Assembly: GCA_964016885.1 (NCBI GenBank)
Contig: OZ024740.1
Location: forward strand, 105,214,001 to 105,278,000
Direction: 5' to 3'
Source of the DNA: Eledone cirrhosa
Taxonomy: Eukaryota
Length of the DNA: 64,000 nt
The position numbers and the translations under genes were made by a program. The notes below the pieces were generated by a model that searched no databases, had not been told where the DNA came from, and saw only the letters and a list, made by a program, of their open reading frames with translations. Of this stretch, positions 26,501 through 42,723 are shown piece after piece; within the stretch, counting starts at the first letter, position 1, and each line of letters opens with the position of its first letter.

Positions 26501-27738
26501 CAACATTTGGCCTACTGAACTGGTCATTGCAAGAACTAAGTGAGATGGATGTTAGAACTCGAAAACTTCTCAGTGTTACTGGGAACTTTAACATCAATGG
26601 TGATGTGGATAGGCTATACTTCTCACGCAAGGAAGGTGGCCGGGGTCAAAAATCAATATTAACAACATATGAGACCCGGATAGTGACACTGAAGCAACAC
26701 CTTCAACAGAGGAAAACGGTTGGCAACCATCTTGCCCAGGTTTATGACCATGAAAAAAGAAATATCATTAGAATAGCGACTGATCTGGAGGAGAGATATG
26801 GAATAAAGCCCGATATAAATCTCTCACCCAGAGAAATCGGAAGATCCTATTCAATGTTCAAACAAGAAAAAAAAATTGACCAATTTACAGAAAAAGTTGT
26901 GCATGGATACTTGAGGCGTAAAACACAGACCATAGAGGGGATAAACCACTCAAAAAGCCTGGCATGGAGTTCCGACAAGTTTATGACATCACACCTTGAG
27001 GGATATCTCTATGCAATACAGGAACAAGAACTCCCTACCAAATATCTGCTGCACAAAAGAGGAGGGCCAGCAGCTGACAATAAATGTAGGCTATGTAAAA
27101 CAAAGATCGAGGATGTAAGCCACATTGTTGCCAGCTGCGAAAGAATGTCATCTCGCTACTACCTCCCCATGAGACACGATGGGATAGCTAGAACCATCTG
27201 GAACGCACTTCGGAAAACAAAATCAACAACAAACGAGGAAGAATATATTGAGACAGATGGCACTAAGGAATACTGGTGGAACCTGAAAATAAAAACTGCC
27301 ACCAAATTAAAGCACAACCGGCCTGATATTGTAGTTTGGGACCACACATTGAAAACGTGTTCTGTTGTGGAGATCAGCTGCCCACTTGATGTAAACGTTG
27401 TCAGAAAAATACAGGAGAAGGAGGACATCTACGGACCATTGATGAGGAGTTTACAAATCCAGTATCCAAGATACACCTTTAGCTTCATACCCATCATTAT
27501 TGGTGCTACGGGTTATATACCAACCCGCTTGGACCAAAGTATGACTGAACTTGGATTTGCGGACAAAAAGCGCAGCTCCCTAATTCATAGTCTACAAATG
27601 GCTGCGATAGCTGGCACCTTCAAAATTTGCAAAACATTCTTGCGATTCAAGGGATGACAATTTCTTTTCTTTTACAACCTTGCCACCAGGAAGGTGGCCG
27701 GTCAAAAAATATACTCAAAATTAAGAGAAAGAGAAAAC
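23516..27738 (+). mobile_element. Apparently full-length R4/Dong-clade RLE non-LTR retrotransposon inserted in (TACA)n
   Basis: (CATA)n on both flanks; ~630-bp 5' UTR with a ~165-bp internal duplication; single intact ORF; short 3' UTR with hairpin gccacc-aggaa-ggtggc. Confidence 0.9.
24148..27657 (+). CDS. RT-RLE polyprotein (N-terminal Myb-like region, reverse transcriptase, CCHC knuckle, PD-(D/E)xK restriction-like endonuclease), 1169 aa
   Basis: Motifs KSPGPD, NYRPIAC, WLDYQKAFDSVPH, GIFQGDSLS, HLFFVDDLKLY, CRLC..EDVSHIVASC, RHD, RPDIVVWD..VVEISCP..K...Y. No stops or frameshifts. Confidence 0.95.
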   Translation: MAKSTSLLRPNRNYNRCIQWTYELNKELYEAYKQSEPQKFGFMQRLKTLWNSKHPELDFSPKHLNEQAKRIIRCKLIHLTESSDTTNTALVDNHPTSTDRQREWPAKSNSEQLTNNFAEIHPTSTEEQRERSADSSSNCHHINNEAAIHDSTEQTEHQKLVGTLQVIWNDMFQEIHSLNVSDRPYNTRVSKEPTKLELEAVNEIAGNYLKAIRSKGVETTFETLNVLLYVSAVTLLSYNTHLKPRNQDTNRKPEPAWMRNLKTKILSLRRSISHIAVVMKCNIERNFTRHQEDLKEKLERRFGDTKFKTLNSKLHQLKQQLTATTERLKYKSTAHKRQVLNRLFARDPKSVYRSFGGKSSIPVNDTPSKEQVENYWRSVWETDDGFNRQANWLKQLEQDYCQHVQTKQYDIDGSILETALQKMSNRKSPGPDLITGYWLKNFTFYRQDLIRLFTETIKGTQELPRWLSTTTTLLIPQNSQTTLAKNYRPIACQNIMYKLYIGCLNLFLQDHCATNNIITPEQAGGKREVWGCIDHLLTNKMIQEKTTNNRRNMTVVWLDYQKAFDSVPHGWIIKALQLAKVPQPLVAAVERLTKNWYTNLILRGEKEQVKTDRIHYQKGIFQGDSLSVLLFVLSLNPLSYLLRKQGGQRSGPRSISHLFFVDDLKLYGPNINDIKKQLDLITQFSTDIKMKFGESKCAYLAVKRGRAVPSSRNLDMNGLTIQPLQSGDNYRYLGQDENVRYDGPINKERTRTEYLRRVKKIWSSELSAYNKYIAHNTYAVPILTPTFGLLNWSLQELSEMDVRTRKLLSVTGNFNINGDVDRLYFSRKEGGRGQKSILTTYETRIVTLKQHLQQRKTVGNHLAQVYDHEKRNIIRIATDLEERYGIKPDINLSPREIGRSYSMFKQEKKIDQFTEKVVHGYLRRKTQTIEGINHSKSLAWSSDKFMTSHLEGYLYAIQEQELPTKYLLHKRGGPAADNKCRLCKTKIEDVSHIVASCERMSSRYYLPMRHDGIARTIWNALRKTKSTTNEEEYIETDGTKEYWWNLKIKTATKLKHNRPDIVVWDHTLKTCSVVEISCPLDVNVVRKIQEKEDIYGPLMRSLQIQYPRYTFSFIPIIIGATGYIPTRLDQSMTELGFADKKRSSLIHSLQMAAIAGTFKICKTFLRFKG

Positions 27739-28086
27739 ATATATATATACATACATATATATATACATACATATACACATACATATACATACATACATAT
27801 ATACATATACATACATACATACATACATACATACATACATCTACATACATCTACATACATACATCTACATACATACATCTACATACATACATCTACATAC
27901 ATACATATACATACATACATATACATACATACATATACATACATACATATACATACATACATATACATACATACATATACATACATATACATACATACAT
28001 ATACATACATACATACATATACATACATACATATACATACATACATATACATACATACATATACATACATACATATACATACATAC

Positions 28087-28145
<59 letters not shown>

Positions 28146-28259
28146 GACATACATATATAGACATACATATATAGACATACATATATAGACATACATATAT
28201 ATACATATATATATATACATACATATATATACATATATATATATACATATACATACATA

Positions 28260-28329
<70 letters not shown>

Positions 28330-28437
28330 CATACATACATATATATATACATACATATATATACATATATATACATATATATACATACATATACATACAT
28401 ATATATACATAAATATATACATACATATATATATATA
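27739..28437. repeat. (TACA)/(TA) array
   Basis: Seen directly. Confidence 0.95.
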
Positions 28438-28783
28438 TCATTTCATTCATTTCATTTCATTTTACGTCCGCTATTTCCCCGCTTGCAAGGGTCGGACGGG
28501 AACTGATTCTGGCTTGAGTTCTACAGCTGGATGCCCTTCCTAACACCAACCTCATTTACAGTGAGTGCTGGGTGTTTTTTTGCCGTGGCACCTGCATGAC
28601 CACTTTGCAGTGGAATGATATGGACCCCAATCCCTATCATCTCATTTCTACAGCTGAGTAAACTGGAGCAATGTGAAATATAGTGTCATGCTCAAGGAAA
28701 CAACACGTTACTCGGTCTGAGAATTGAACTCACAACCTTTCAATTGCAAGGCTAATGCTCTAACCACAAAGCCATGTGCCTCC
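28438..28783 (-). mobile_element. Full-length tRNA-derived CORE-like SINE with an RTE-type tail
   Basis: Reverse-complement relative of 62744-63083 with A/B boxes and a (TGAAA) tail. Confidence 0.9.
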
Positions 28784-29313
28784 ATATATACATACATATA
28801 CATACATACATATATATACACATACATACATACATATATATATATATAGACATATACATACATACATATATATATATATACACATATACATACATACATA
28901 TATATATATATACACATATACATACATACATATATATATATATACACATATACATACATACATATATATATATATACACATATACATACATACATATATA
29001 TATATATACACATATACATACATACATATATATATATATACACATATACATACATACATATATATATATATACACATATACATACATACATATATATATA
29101 TATACACATATACATACATACATCTACATACATACATCTACATACATACATCTACATACATACATATACATACATACATATACATACATACATATACATA
29201 CATACATATACATACATATACATACATACATATACATACATACATATACATACATACATATACATACATACATATACATACATACATATACATACATACA
29301 TATACATACATAC

Positions 29314-29400
<87 letters not shown>

Positions 29401-29472
29401 GACATACATATATAGACATACATATATAGACATACATATATATACATATATATATATACATATACATACATA

Positions 29473-29542
<70 letters not shown>

Positions 29543-29650
29543 CATACATACATATATATATACATACATATATATACATATATATACATATATATACATA
29601 CATATACATACATATATATACATAAATATATACATACATATATATATATA

Positions 29651-29996
29651 TCATTTCATTCATTTCATTTCATTTTACGTCCGCTATTTCCCCGCTTGCA
29701 AGGGTCGGACGGGAACTGATTCTGGCTTGAGTTCTACAGCTGGATGCCCTTCCTAACACCAACCTCATTTACAGTGAGTGCTGGGTGTTTTTTTGCCGTG
29801 GCACCTGCATGACCACTTTGCAGTGGAATGATATGGACCCCAATCCCTATCATCTCATTTCTACAGCTGAGTAAACTGGAGCAATGTGAAATATAGTGTC
29901 ATGCTCAAGGAAACAACACGTTACTCGGTCTGAGAATTGAACTCACAACCTTTCAATTGCAAGGCTAATGCTCTAACCACAAAGCCATGTGCCTCC
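29651..29996 (-). mobile_element. Apparently identical duplicate of the SINE at 28438-28783 (offset 1213 bp)
   Basis: Same sequence and same flanking microsatellite variants. Confidence 0.9.
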
Positions 29997-33367
<3,371 letters not shown>

Positions 33368-33973
33368 TGGTGGCTGCCAACTCGTTTTCGAGTATGGCCA
33401 CTACTTTATATCCATGTAGGAGAACTACCAATGCGCTGAACGAGTGTGACTTTTTAGTCCAGCCAGCGACTTGAAAACTCTGGTACAAACACTACACCCG
33501 TGACAATTATTGACACATAGTGCTGGGCCCATGGTACCATGTGACGACAAGTGCAGAGAGATCTCCAGATATAAAGCAATGCCTGTGCTGTGAAGCTTTT
33601 ATAGTGAGCAAAGGCACTGCACAAAGCCAGTCCCACTCTCTTAACCAAGATGATATTTACCAAAAAGAAGAACAATTCAACATCATTGGATACCATCAGG
33701 GTTGCAGGTGTTATATCAGAGTTTTCCTTCTCCTAGAATTCTGCCTTGACAAAGGCTAAGGGGTCATCTCTCCCTGTGATTTTGGATGGCCATTGACTCT
33801 TAAGAGCTCCTTTGCCCTTTGACAGGTTTTGTTTTTAGTCCTGCAGGATGTCCAAAGTCACCCTCCTCACCAAGAAACCTTGGTGGGGTTGCCAGTTTAG
33901 TCGCCAACGACCCGACCATGAGACAGGTTGTACTGGGATACATGTTACCAGTAGCACCAACTGGTGACCTGAC
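33368..33973 (-). mobile_element. Non-autonomous RTE-derived element, copy 2 (full length, 606 bp)
   Basis: 5' part has RTE-5'UTR-like motifs (gcgactaaactggcaacccc; ctaggagaaggaaaactctga). 3' part encodes [22 protein letters not shown], like the last zinc finger of the RTE LINE at 40090-40160. Terminal hairpin gtggccatactcg-aaaa-cgagttggcagccac. Confidence 0.9.
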
Positions 33974-33997
33974 ACAAATATATATATACACATATAC

Positions 33998-34084
<87 letters not shown>

Positions 34085-34119
34085 TACATACATACATATA
34101 TATATATATATACACACAT

Positions 34120-34150
<31 letters not shown>

Positions 34151-36299
34151 CACATATACATACATACATATATATATATATACACATATACATACATACA
34201 TATATATATATATATACACATATACATACATACATATATATATATACACACATATACATACATACATATATATATATATACACACATATACATACATACA
34301 TATATATATATACACACATATACATACATACATATATATATATACACACATACACATACATACATATATATATATACACATATACATACATATATATATA
34401 TATACACATACATACATATATACATATATACATATACACATATACATACATATATATATATATACACATACATACATATATATATATATACATACATACA
34501 TACATATATATATATACATATACATACATACATATATATATATATACATATACATACATACATATATATATATATACATACATACATATACATACATACA
34601 TATATATATATATACATACATACATATACATATATATACATATACATACATACATACATATACATACATACATATATATATATATACATATATACATACA
34701 TATATATATATATACATATACATACATACATATACATATACATATACATACATACATACATATACATATACATACATACATATATATATATATACATATA
34801 CATACATACATATATATATATATACATATACATACATACATATATATATATATACATATACATACATACATATATATATACATACATACATATATATATA
34901 TATACATATACATACATACATATATATATATATACATATACATACATACATATATATATATATACATATACATACATACATATATATATACATACATACA
35001 TATATATATATATACATATACATACATACATATATATATATATACATATACATACATACATATATATATATATACATATACATACATACATATATATATA
35101 TATACATATACATACATACATATATATATATATACATATACATACATACATATATATATATATACATATACATACATACATATATATATATATACATATA
35201 CATACATACATATATATATATATACATATACATACATACATATATATATATATACATATACATACATACATATATATATATATACATATACATACATACA
35301 TATATATATATACATATACATACATACATACATATATATATATACATATACATACATACATATATATATATACATATACATACATACATATATATATATA
35401 CATATACATACATACATATATATATATACATATACATACATACATATATATATATACATATACATGCATACATATATATATATACATATACATGCATACA
35501 TATATATATATACATATACATACATACATATATATATATACATATACATACATACATATATATATATATACATATACATACATACATATATATATATATA
35601 CATATACATACATATATATATATATACATATACATACATATATATATATATACATATACATACATACATATATATATATATACATATACATACATATATA
35701 TATATATACATATACATACATATATATATATATACATATACATACATATATATATATATACATATACATACATATATATATATATACATATACATACATA
35801 TATATATATATACATATACATACATACATATATATATATATACATATACATACATATATATATATATACATACATATATATATATATACATATACATACA
35901 TATATATATATATACATATACATACATACATATATATATATATACATACATACATACATATATATATACATATACATACATACATACATATATACATATA
36001 CATACATACATACATATATATATACATATACATACATATATATATATATACATATACATACATATATATATATATACATATACATACATATATATATATA
36101 TACATATACATACATACATATATATATATACATATACATACATACATATATATATATACATACACATACATACATACATATATATATATATACATATACA
36201 TACATACATACATATATATATATATACATATACATACATACATACATATATATATATATACATATACATACATACATACATATATATATATATATACAT

Positions 36300-36330
<31 letters not shown>

Positions 36331-36495
36331 CATATACATACATACATATATATATATATACATATACATACATACATATATATATATACATACACATACA
36401 TACATACATATATATATATATACATATACATACATACATACATATATATATATATACATATACATACATACATACATATATATATATATATACAT

Positions 36496-36526
<31 letters not shown>

Positions 36527-36625
36527 CATATACATACATACATACATATATATATATATATACATATACATACATATATATATATATATACATATACATA
36601 CATATATATATATATATACATATAC

Positions 36626-36656
<31 letters not shown>

Positions 36657-37243
36657 CATATACATACATACATACATATATATATATATATACATATACA
36701 TACATACATACATATATATACATATACATACATACATACATATATATATATATATACATACATACATACATATATATATATATATACATATACATACATA
36801 CATACATATATATATATATATACATACATACATACATATATATATATATATACATATACATACATACATACATATATATATATATATACATATACATACA
36901 TACATACATATATATATATATATACATATACATACATACATACATATATATATATATATACATATACATACATACATACATATATATATATATATACATA
37001 TACATACATACATATATATATATATATACATATACATACATACATACATATATATATATATATACATATACATACATACATACATATATATATATATATA
37101 CATATACATACATACATACATATATATATATATATACATATACATACATACATATATATATATACATATACATACATACATACATATATATATATATATA
37201 CATATACATACATACATACATATATATATATATATACATATAC

Positions 37244-37278
<35 letters not shown>

Positions 37279-37820
37279 CATATACATACATATATATATA
37301 TATACATATACATACATATATATATATACACATATACATACATATATATATATACATATACATACATATATATATATACATATACATACATATATATATA
37401 TACATATACATACATATATATATATACATATACATACATATATATATATACATATACATACATACATACATATATATATATACATATACATACATATATA
37501 TATATACATATACATACATATATATATATATACATATACATACATATATATATATATACATATACATACATACATACATATATATATATATACATATACA
37601 TACATATATATATATATACATATACATACATATATATATATATACATATACATACATATATATATATATACATATACATACATACATACATATATATATA
37701 TATATACATATACATACATATATATATATATATACATATACATACATATATATATATATATACATATACATACATACATACATATACATACATACATACA
37801 TATATATATATATATACATA
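33974..37820. repeat. ~3.8-kb (TACA)/(TA) array
   Basis: Seen directly. Confidence 0.97.
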
Positions 37821-38278
37821 TGGTGGCTGCCAACTCGTTTTCGAGTACGGCCACTACTTTATATCCATGTAGGAGAACCCCTACCGATGCGCTGAACGAA
37901 TGTGACTTTTTAGTCCAGCCAGCGACTTGAAAACTCTGGTACAAAGACTACACTTGTGACCATTATTGACACATAGTGCAGGGCCCATGGTACCATGTGA
38001 TGACAAGTGCAGAGAGATCTCCAGATATAAAGCAATGCCTGTGCTGTGAAGCTTTTATAGTGAGCAAAGGCACTGCACAAAGCCAGTCCCGCTCTCTTAA
38101 CCAAGATGATATTTACCAAAAAGAAGAACAAGTCAACATCATTGGATACCATCAGGGTTGCAGGTGTTATATCAGAGTTTTCCTTCTCCTAGAATTCTGC
38201 CTTGACAAAGGCTAAGGGGTCATCTCTCCCGGTGATTTTGGATGGCTATTGAGTCTTAAGAGCTCCCTTGCCCTTTGA
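37821..38278 (-). mobile_element. Non-autonomous RTE-derived element, copy 3 (5'-truncated)
   Basis: Nearly identical to 33368-33822. Confidence 0.9.
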
Positions 38279-38402
38279 TATATATATATGTATGTATGTA
38301 TATGTATATATATATATAGAATATACATACATACATATATATATATACATATACATACATACATATATATATATATACATATACATACATACATATATAT
38401 AT

Positions 38403-38435
<33 letters not shown>

Positions 38436-39376
38436 TATACATATACATACATACATATATATATATACATATACATACATATATATATATATATACATAT
38501 ACATACATATATATATATATACATATACATATACATACATATATATATATACATATACATACATATATATATATATACATATACATACATATATATATAT
38601 ACATATACATACATATATATATATATACATATACATACATATATATATATACATATACATACATATATATATATATATACATATACATACATATATATAT
38701 ATATATACATATACATACATATATATATATATATACATATACATACATACATATATATATATACATATACATACATACATATATATATATACATATACAT
38801 ACATACATATATATATATACATATACATACATACATATATATATATACATATACATACATACATATATATATATACATATACATACATACATATATATAT
38901 ATATATACGTATACATACATATATATATACATATACATACATATATATATATATACATATACATATATATATATACATATACATACATACATATATATAT
39001 ATACATATACATACATACATATATATATATACATATACATACATACATATATATATATACATATACATACATACATATATATATATACATATACATACAT
39101 ACATATATATATATATATACATATACATACATACATATATATATATACATATACATACATACATATATATATATACATATACATACATACATATATATAT
39201 ATACATATACATACATACATATATATATATACATACATACATATATATATATACATATACATACATACATATATATATATATACATATACATACATACAT
39301 ATATATATATATACATATACATACATACATATATATATATATACATATACATACATACATATATATATATATACAT

Positions 39377-39411
<35 letters not shown>

Positions 39412-39488
39412 CATACATATATATATATACATATACATACATACATATATATATATACATATACATACATACATATATATATATACAT

Positions 39489-39521
<33 letters not shown>

Positions 39522-39957
39522 CATATACATACATACATATATATATATATATACATACATACATATATATATATACATATACATACATATATATATATAT
39601 ACATATACATACATACATATATATATACATATACATACATACATATATATATACATATACATACATACATATATATATACATACATATATATATACACAT
39701 ATACATACATACATACATATATATATACACATATACATACATACATACATATATATATACACATATACATACATACATACATATATATACACACATATAC
39801 ATACATACATACATATATATACACATATACATACATATATATACACATATACATACATATATATACACATATACATATATATACACATATACATACATAT
39901 ATATATATATATATATACATACATACATACATACATACATACACATACATACATACA
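38279..39957. repeat. ~1.7-kb (TACA)/(TA) array
   Basis: Seen directly. Confidence 0.97.
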
Positions 39958-42690
39958 TGATGGCTGCCCCCTCGTTATCGAGTATGGCCATTGCACGAGG
40001 AAAAAAAAAATTAATAAATAAAAAAGAAAATAAAAGAAAATATATATATATATATACATATATACACACACACACACACACGATAGCAACTAACAGCGCT
40101 GCGATCGAATGTGGCTTTTTAGCCCAGCCAGTTATCTAAAATGTCTTGCACAGAGTCGGCAACCAAAACATTCACTGGGAATAGTCGGCTGTGGTTGGAG
40201 TTCGTGCACTTTTGCATGTCGCTTGAGCCCTCCTGCTGATTTACAATCTCTACCACATGTTTGGCAAGCATGATGAGTAGCATCTCCAACAGCAGCCTGG
40301 TAGTCAACCACTGGTCTTACTTTATGACTGTTAAGATGACTTTCGAGTCCAGCTTTGCTTAGGCAGAGTCTCGCACATACGCTGCATGTCAGCACCATAG
40401 GAGGACCCTCGCCGTCTGAAAGTGCAACAGCAATGCCCTTCCTCACATCCGGCTTTACTTTCTCGTATGCGATTCGAGATGCCTCAAAGGCAACTTTTCC
40501 CTCATATGCAGTCTTTCTCCATTTATTACGATCAGCAGCAATATTTTCCCATGTATCAGCAGAGATGTTAGCGTCTTTCAGAGAGGCTTTCAAGGAATCC
40601 TTATACCTTTTTTTTTGTTTATGTGGCGGTCGTTTTCCTTTAACCAACTCTCCATAAAAGAGTTGTTTTGGTATTCTAGAATCCTTCATCCTGGCAAGGT
40701 GACCACTCCAACGGAGTCGCTGCTTAAGCACAAGAGCTTCTATACTGTTACACATAGAGCTTTCCAAAATCTCGACATCACTGATGTGGTCCCTCCAGTG
40801 AACGCCATGGATCCGTCTGAGACATCTGATGGAAACGCTTCAATTGCTTAAGGTGGTGTCGATATGTGACCCAAGTCTCGCAGGCATAAAGAAGACAAGA
40901 GAGCACACATGCCCTGTACACCTTTACCTTTGTCCTCCTGCATATGTCTCGCCGACCCCAGAGTCGCCTTTCTAGCTTTCCGAAAGCATCACTTGCTTTC
41001 CTAATCCTAAGTGAGATTTCACTGTCAAGGTTGCTGTATCGATTGACAGTGCTTCCCAGGTAGACAAACTGATCAACCACTCCAAGACGTTTACCATACA
41101 CATAGATATTTGATTCAGTGTACTGCTTACCAGGGACAGGTTGGTACATGACGACGGTTTTCTTGAGACTAACAGTCAATCCTAGGGCAGTGCAAGCGTC
41201 AGAAAATGCATTCAAAATGTGCTGCATATCACTGTGTGCGCTACAAGATCAAAATCATCTGCATACAAGAGGTCTCTTGTGATTGATGTAAATACTTTTG
41301 TCTTTGCAGCAAAGCGCCTGATGTTAAATATGCTGCCCGAGGTTCGATATCGGATGTAAACACCATGCTCGCAATTCCTGAATGCAATACAGAAAACCAT
41401 TGCAAAGTATATGGCAAACAGGGCCGGTGCTGGAATATCCCCCCGTTTCACTCCATTTTTTACTGAGATAGGCTCCGACATGTTACCTCAGACATTAACA
41501 CAAGCCTTCATGTCGTCATGGAAAGACCTAACTAAAGCAAGGAACTTATCAGGGCAACCAAGTTTCTGGAGAACCTTCCATAATGCATCTCTGTTAACAG
41601 TATCAAAAGCTTTTGTCAGATCGACAAAAACCCGATACAGATCCAAGCCTTGTTCCATGCACTTCTCCTGGAGCTGTCTAGCTGAGAAGATCATATCAGT
41701 AGTGCCGCGTCCAGCACGAAAACCAGATTGACTTTCAGGAAGAACACAATCTGCAATGTGTGTCAGCAGACGGTCCAGAAGCACCCTACATAAAACTTTC
41801 CCTACGACAGAAAGCTATGATATACCTCTGTAGTTCCCACAATCATTCCTGTTACCCTTTCCCTTGTACAAGACCACCATTCATCATCATCATCATTCGT
41901 CGACTACTGTCGAGATGACGGATCTCACTCTCATGACCCAGAATTCCCTGTCCCCCATCGCTGCCCCCAGGTCCTGTCTACTGATTCCCGTATCCCTAGA
42001 GATAACGTCAGGGAATGACAGCTTCCTACTCCTAGTCAGGCTGGAGTCAGGGTTCCAGAGCAAGAGAGCGGATATGATTTCATTGCTGGCACGGTGACCA
42101 CCATTACTGCATCTCTCCAGTCCTCAGGTACGGATTCATTAGCCCATATCCTGCCAAACAAAGAGTGAAGATGTTGCAGGAGTCTCTCACCACCATATTG
42201 TAGGAGCTCAGCATGTATGCCATCCATACCTGGAGATCTTCCACTGTTCAGCTTCGAAATAGCCACTGCAACCTCCACAAGCGTCGGAGGTTCTGCGAGA
42301 GCTACTTTCACAGGACTTTCTGGAATGAGATTGAGGAAATCTTCACTGACGACAGACGGCTGATTCAAAAGATCATCAAATTGCTCTCGCCACCTTCGTA
42401 TAATTCCTTGTGAGTCACAAAGAAGTTCTTTGCCATCCTTGCTGCGAAGCGGTGTCACCAGAGAAGACGGCGGTCCATAAACCTCACGCAAGAGACTGTA
42501 CAACAGCTTTGTGTTATTGGAATCTGACGCAGTTTGTATCTCACCAGCCTTCTCACTCCACCACTGATCCTTCATCTGAGAAAGACTCCGCCTAACACGT
42601 GATTTTACATCCTTGAGTTCCTCATGCAACGTATTCCTCTCCTGTGGTTTTGCCATCAAGTAGCGTGACAGAGCACGCCTCTTATCAGTC
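39958..42690 (-). pseudogene. Decayed 5'-truncated RTE-clade LINE (RT plus three C-terminal C2H2 fingers)
   Basis: Frameshifted segments [84 protein letters not shown], and CxxC..GLxxH fingers. The 3' hairpin at 39958-39995 resembles that of the non-autonomous family. Confidence 0.92.
41882..42095 (-). mobile_element. 214-bp retroposon fragment inserted into the RTE RT region
   Basis: 10-bp TSD GACCACCATT (41872-41881 and 42096-42105), (GAT)n tail, terminal hairpin tcgac-agta-gtcga. It interrupts DAVMVV|LYKGKG. Confidence 0.85.

Positions 42691-42720
<30 letters not shown>

Positions 42721-42723
<3 letters not shown>

Noticed and set aside
33880-33973. Possible HDV-like ribozyme at the 5' end of the non-autonomous RTE element
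   Set aside because: Some parts fit (GTCAGGT/ACCTGTC pairing, a TCCC loop, CTAA), but I could not build P1.1 and P2 in canonical order. A descriptor search would be needed.
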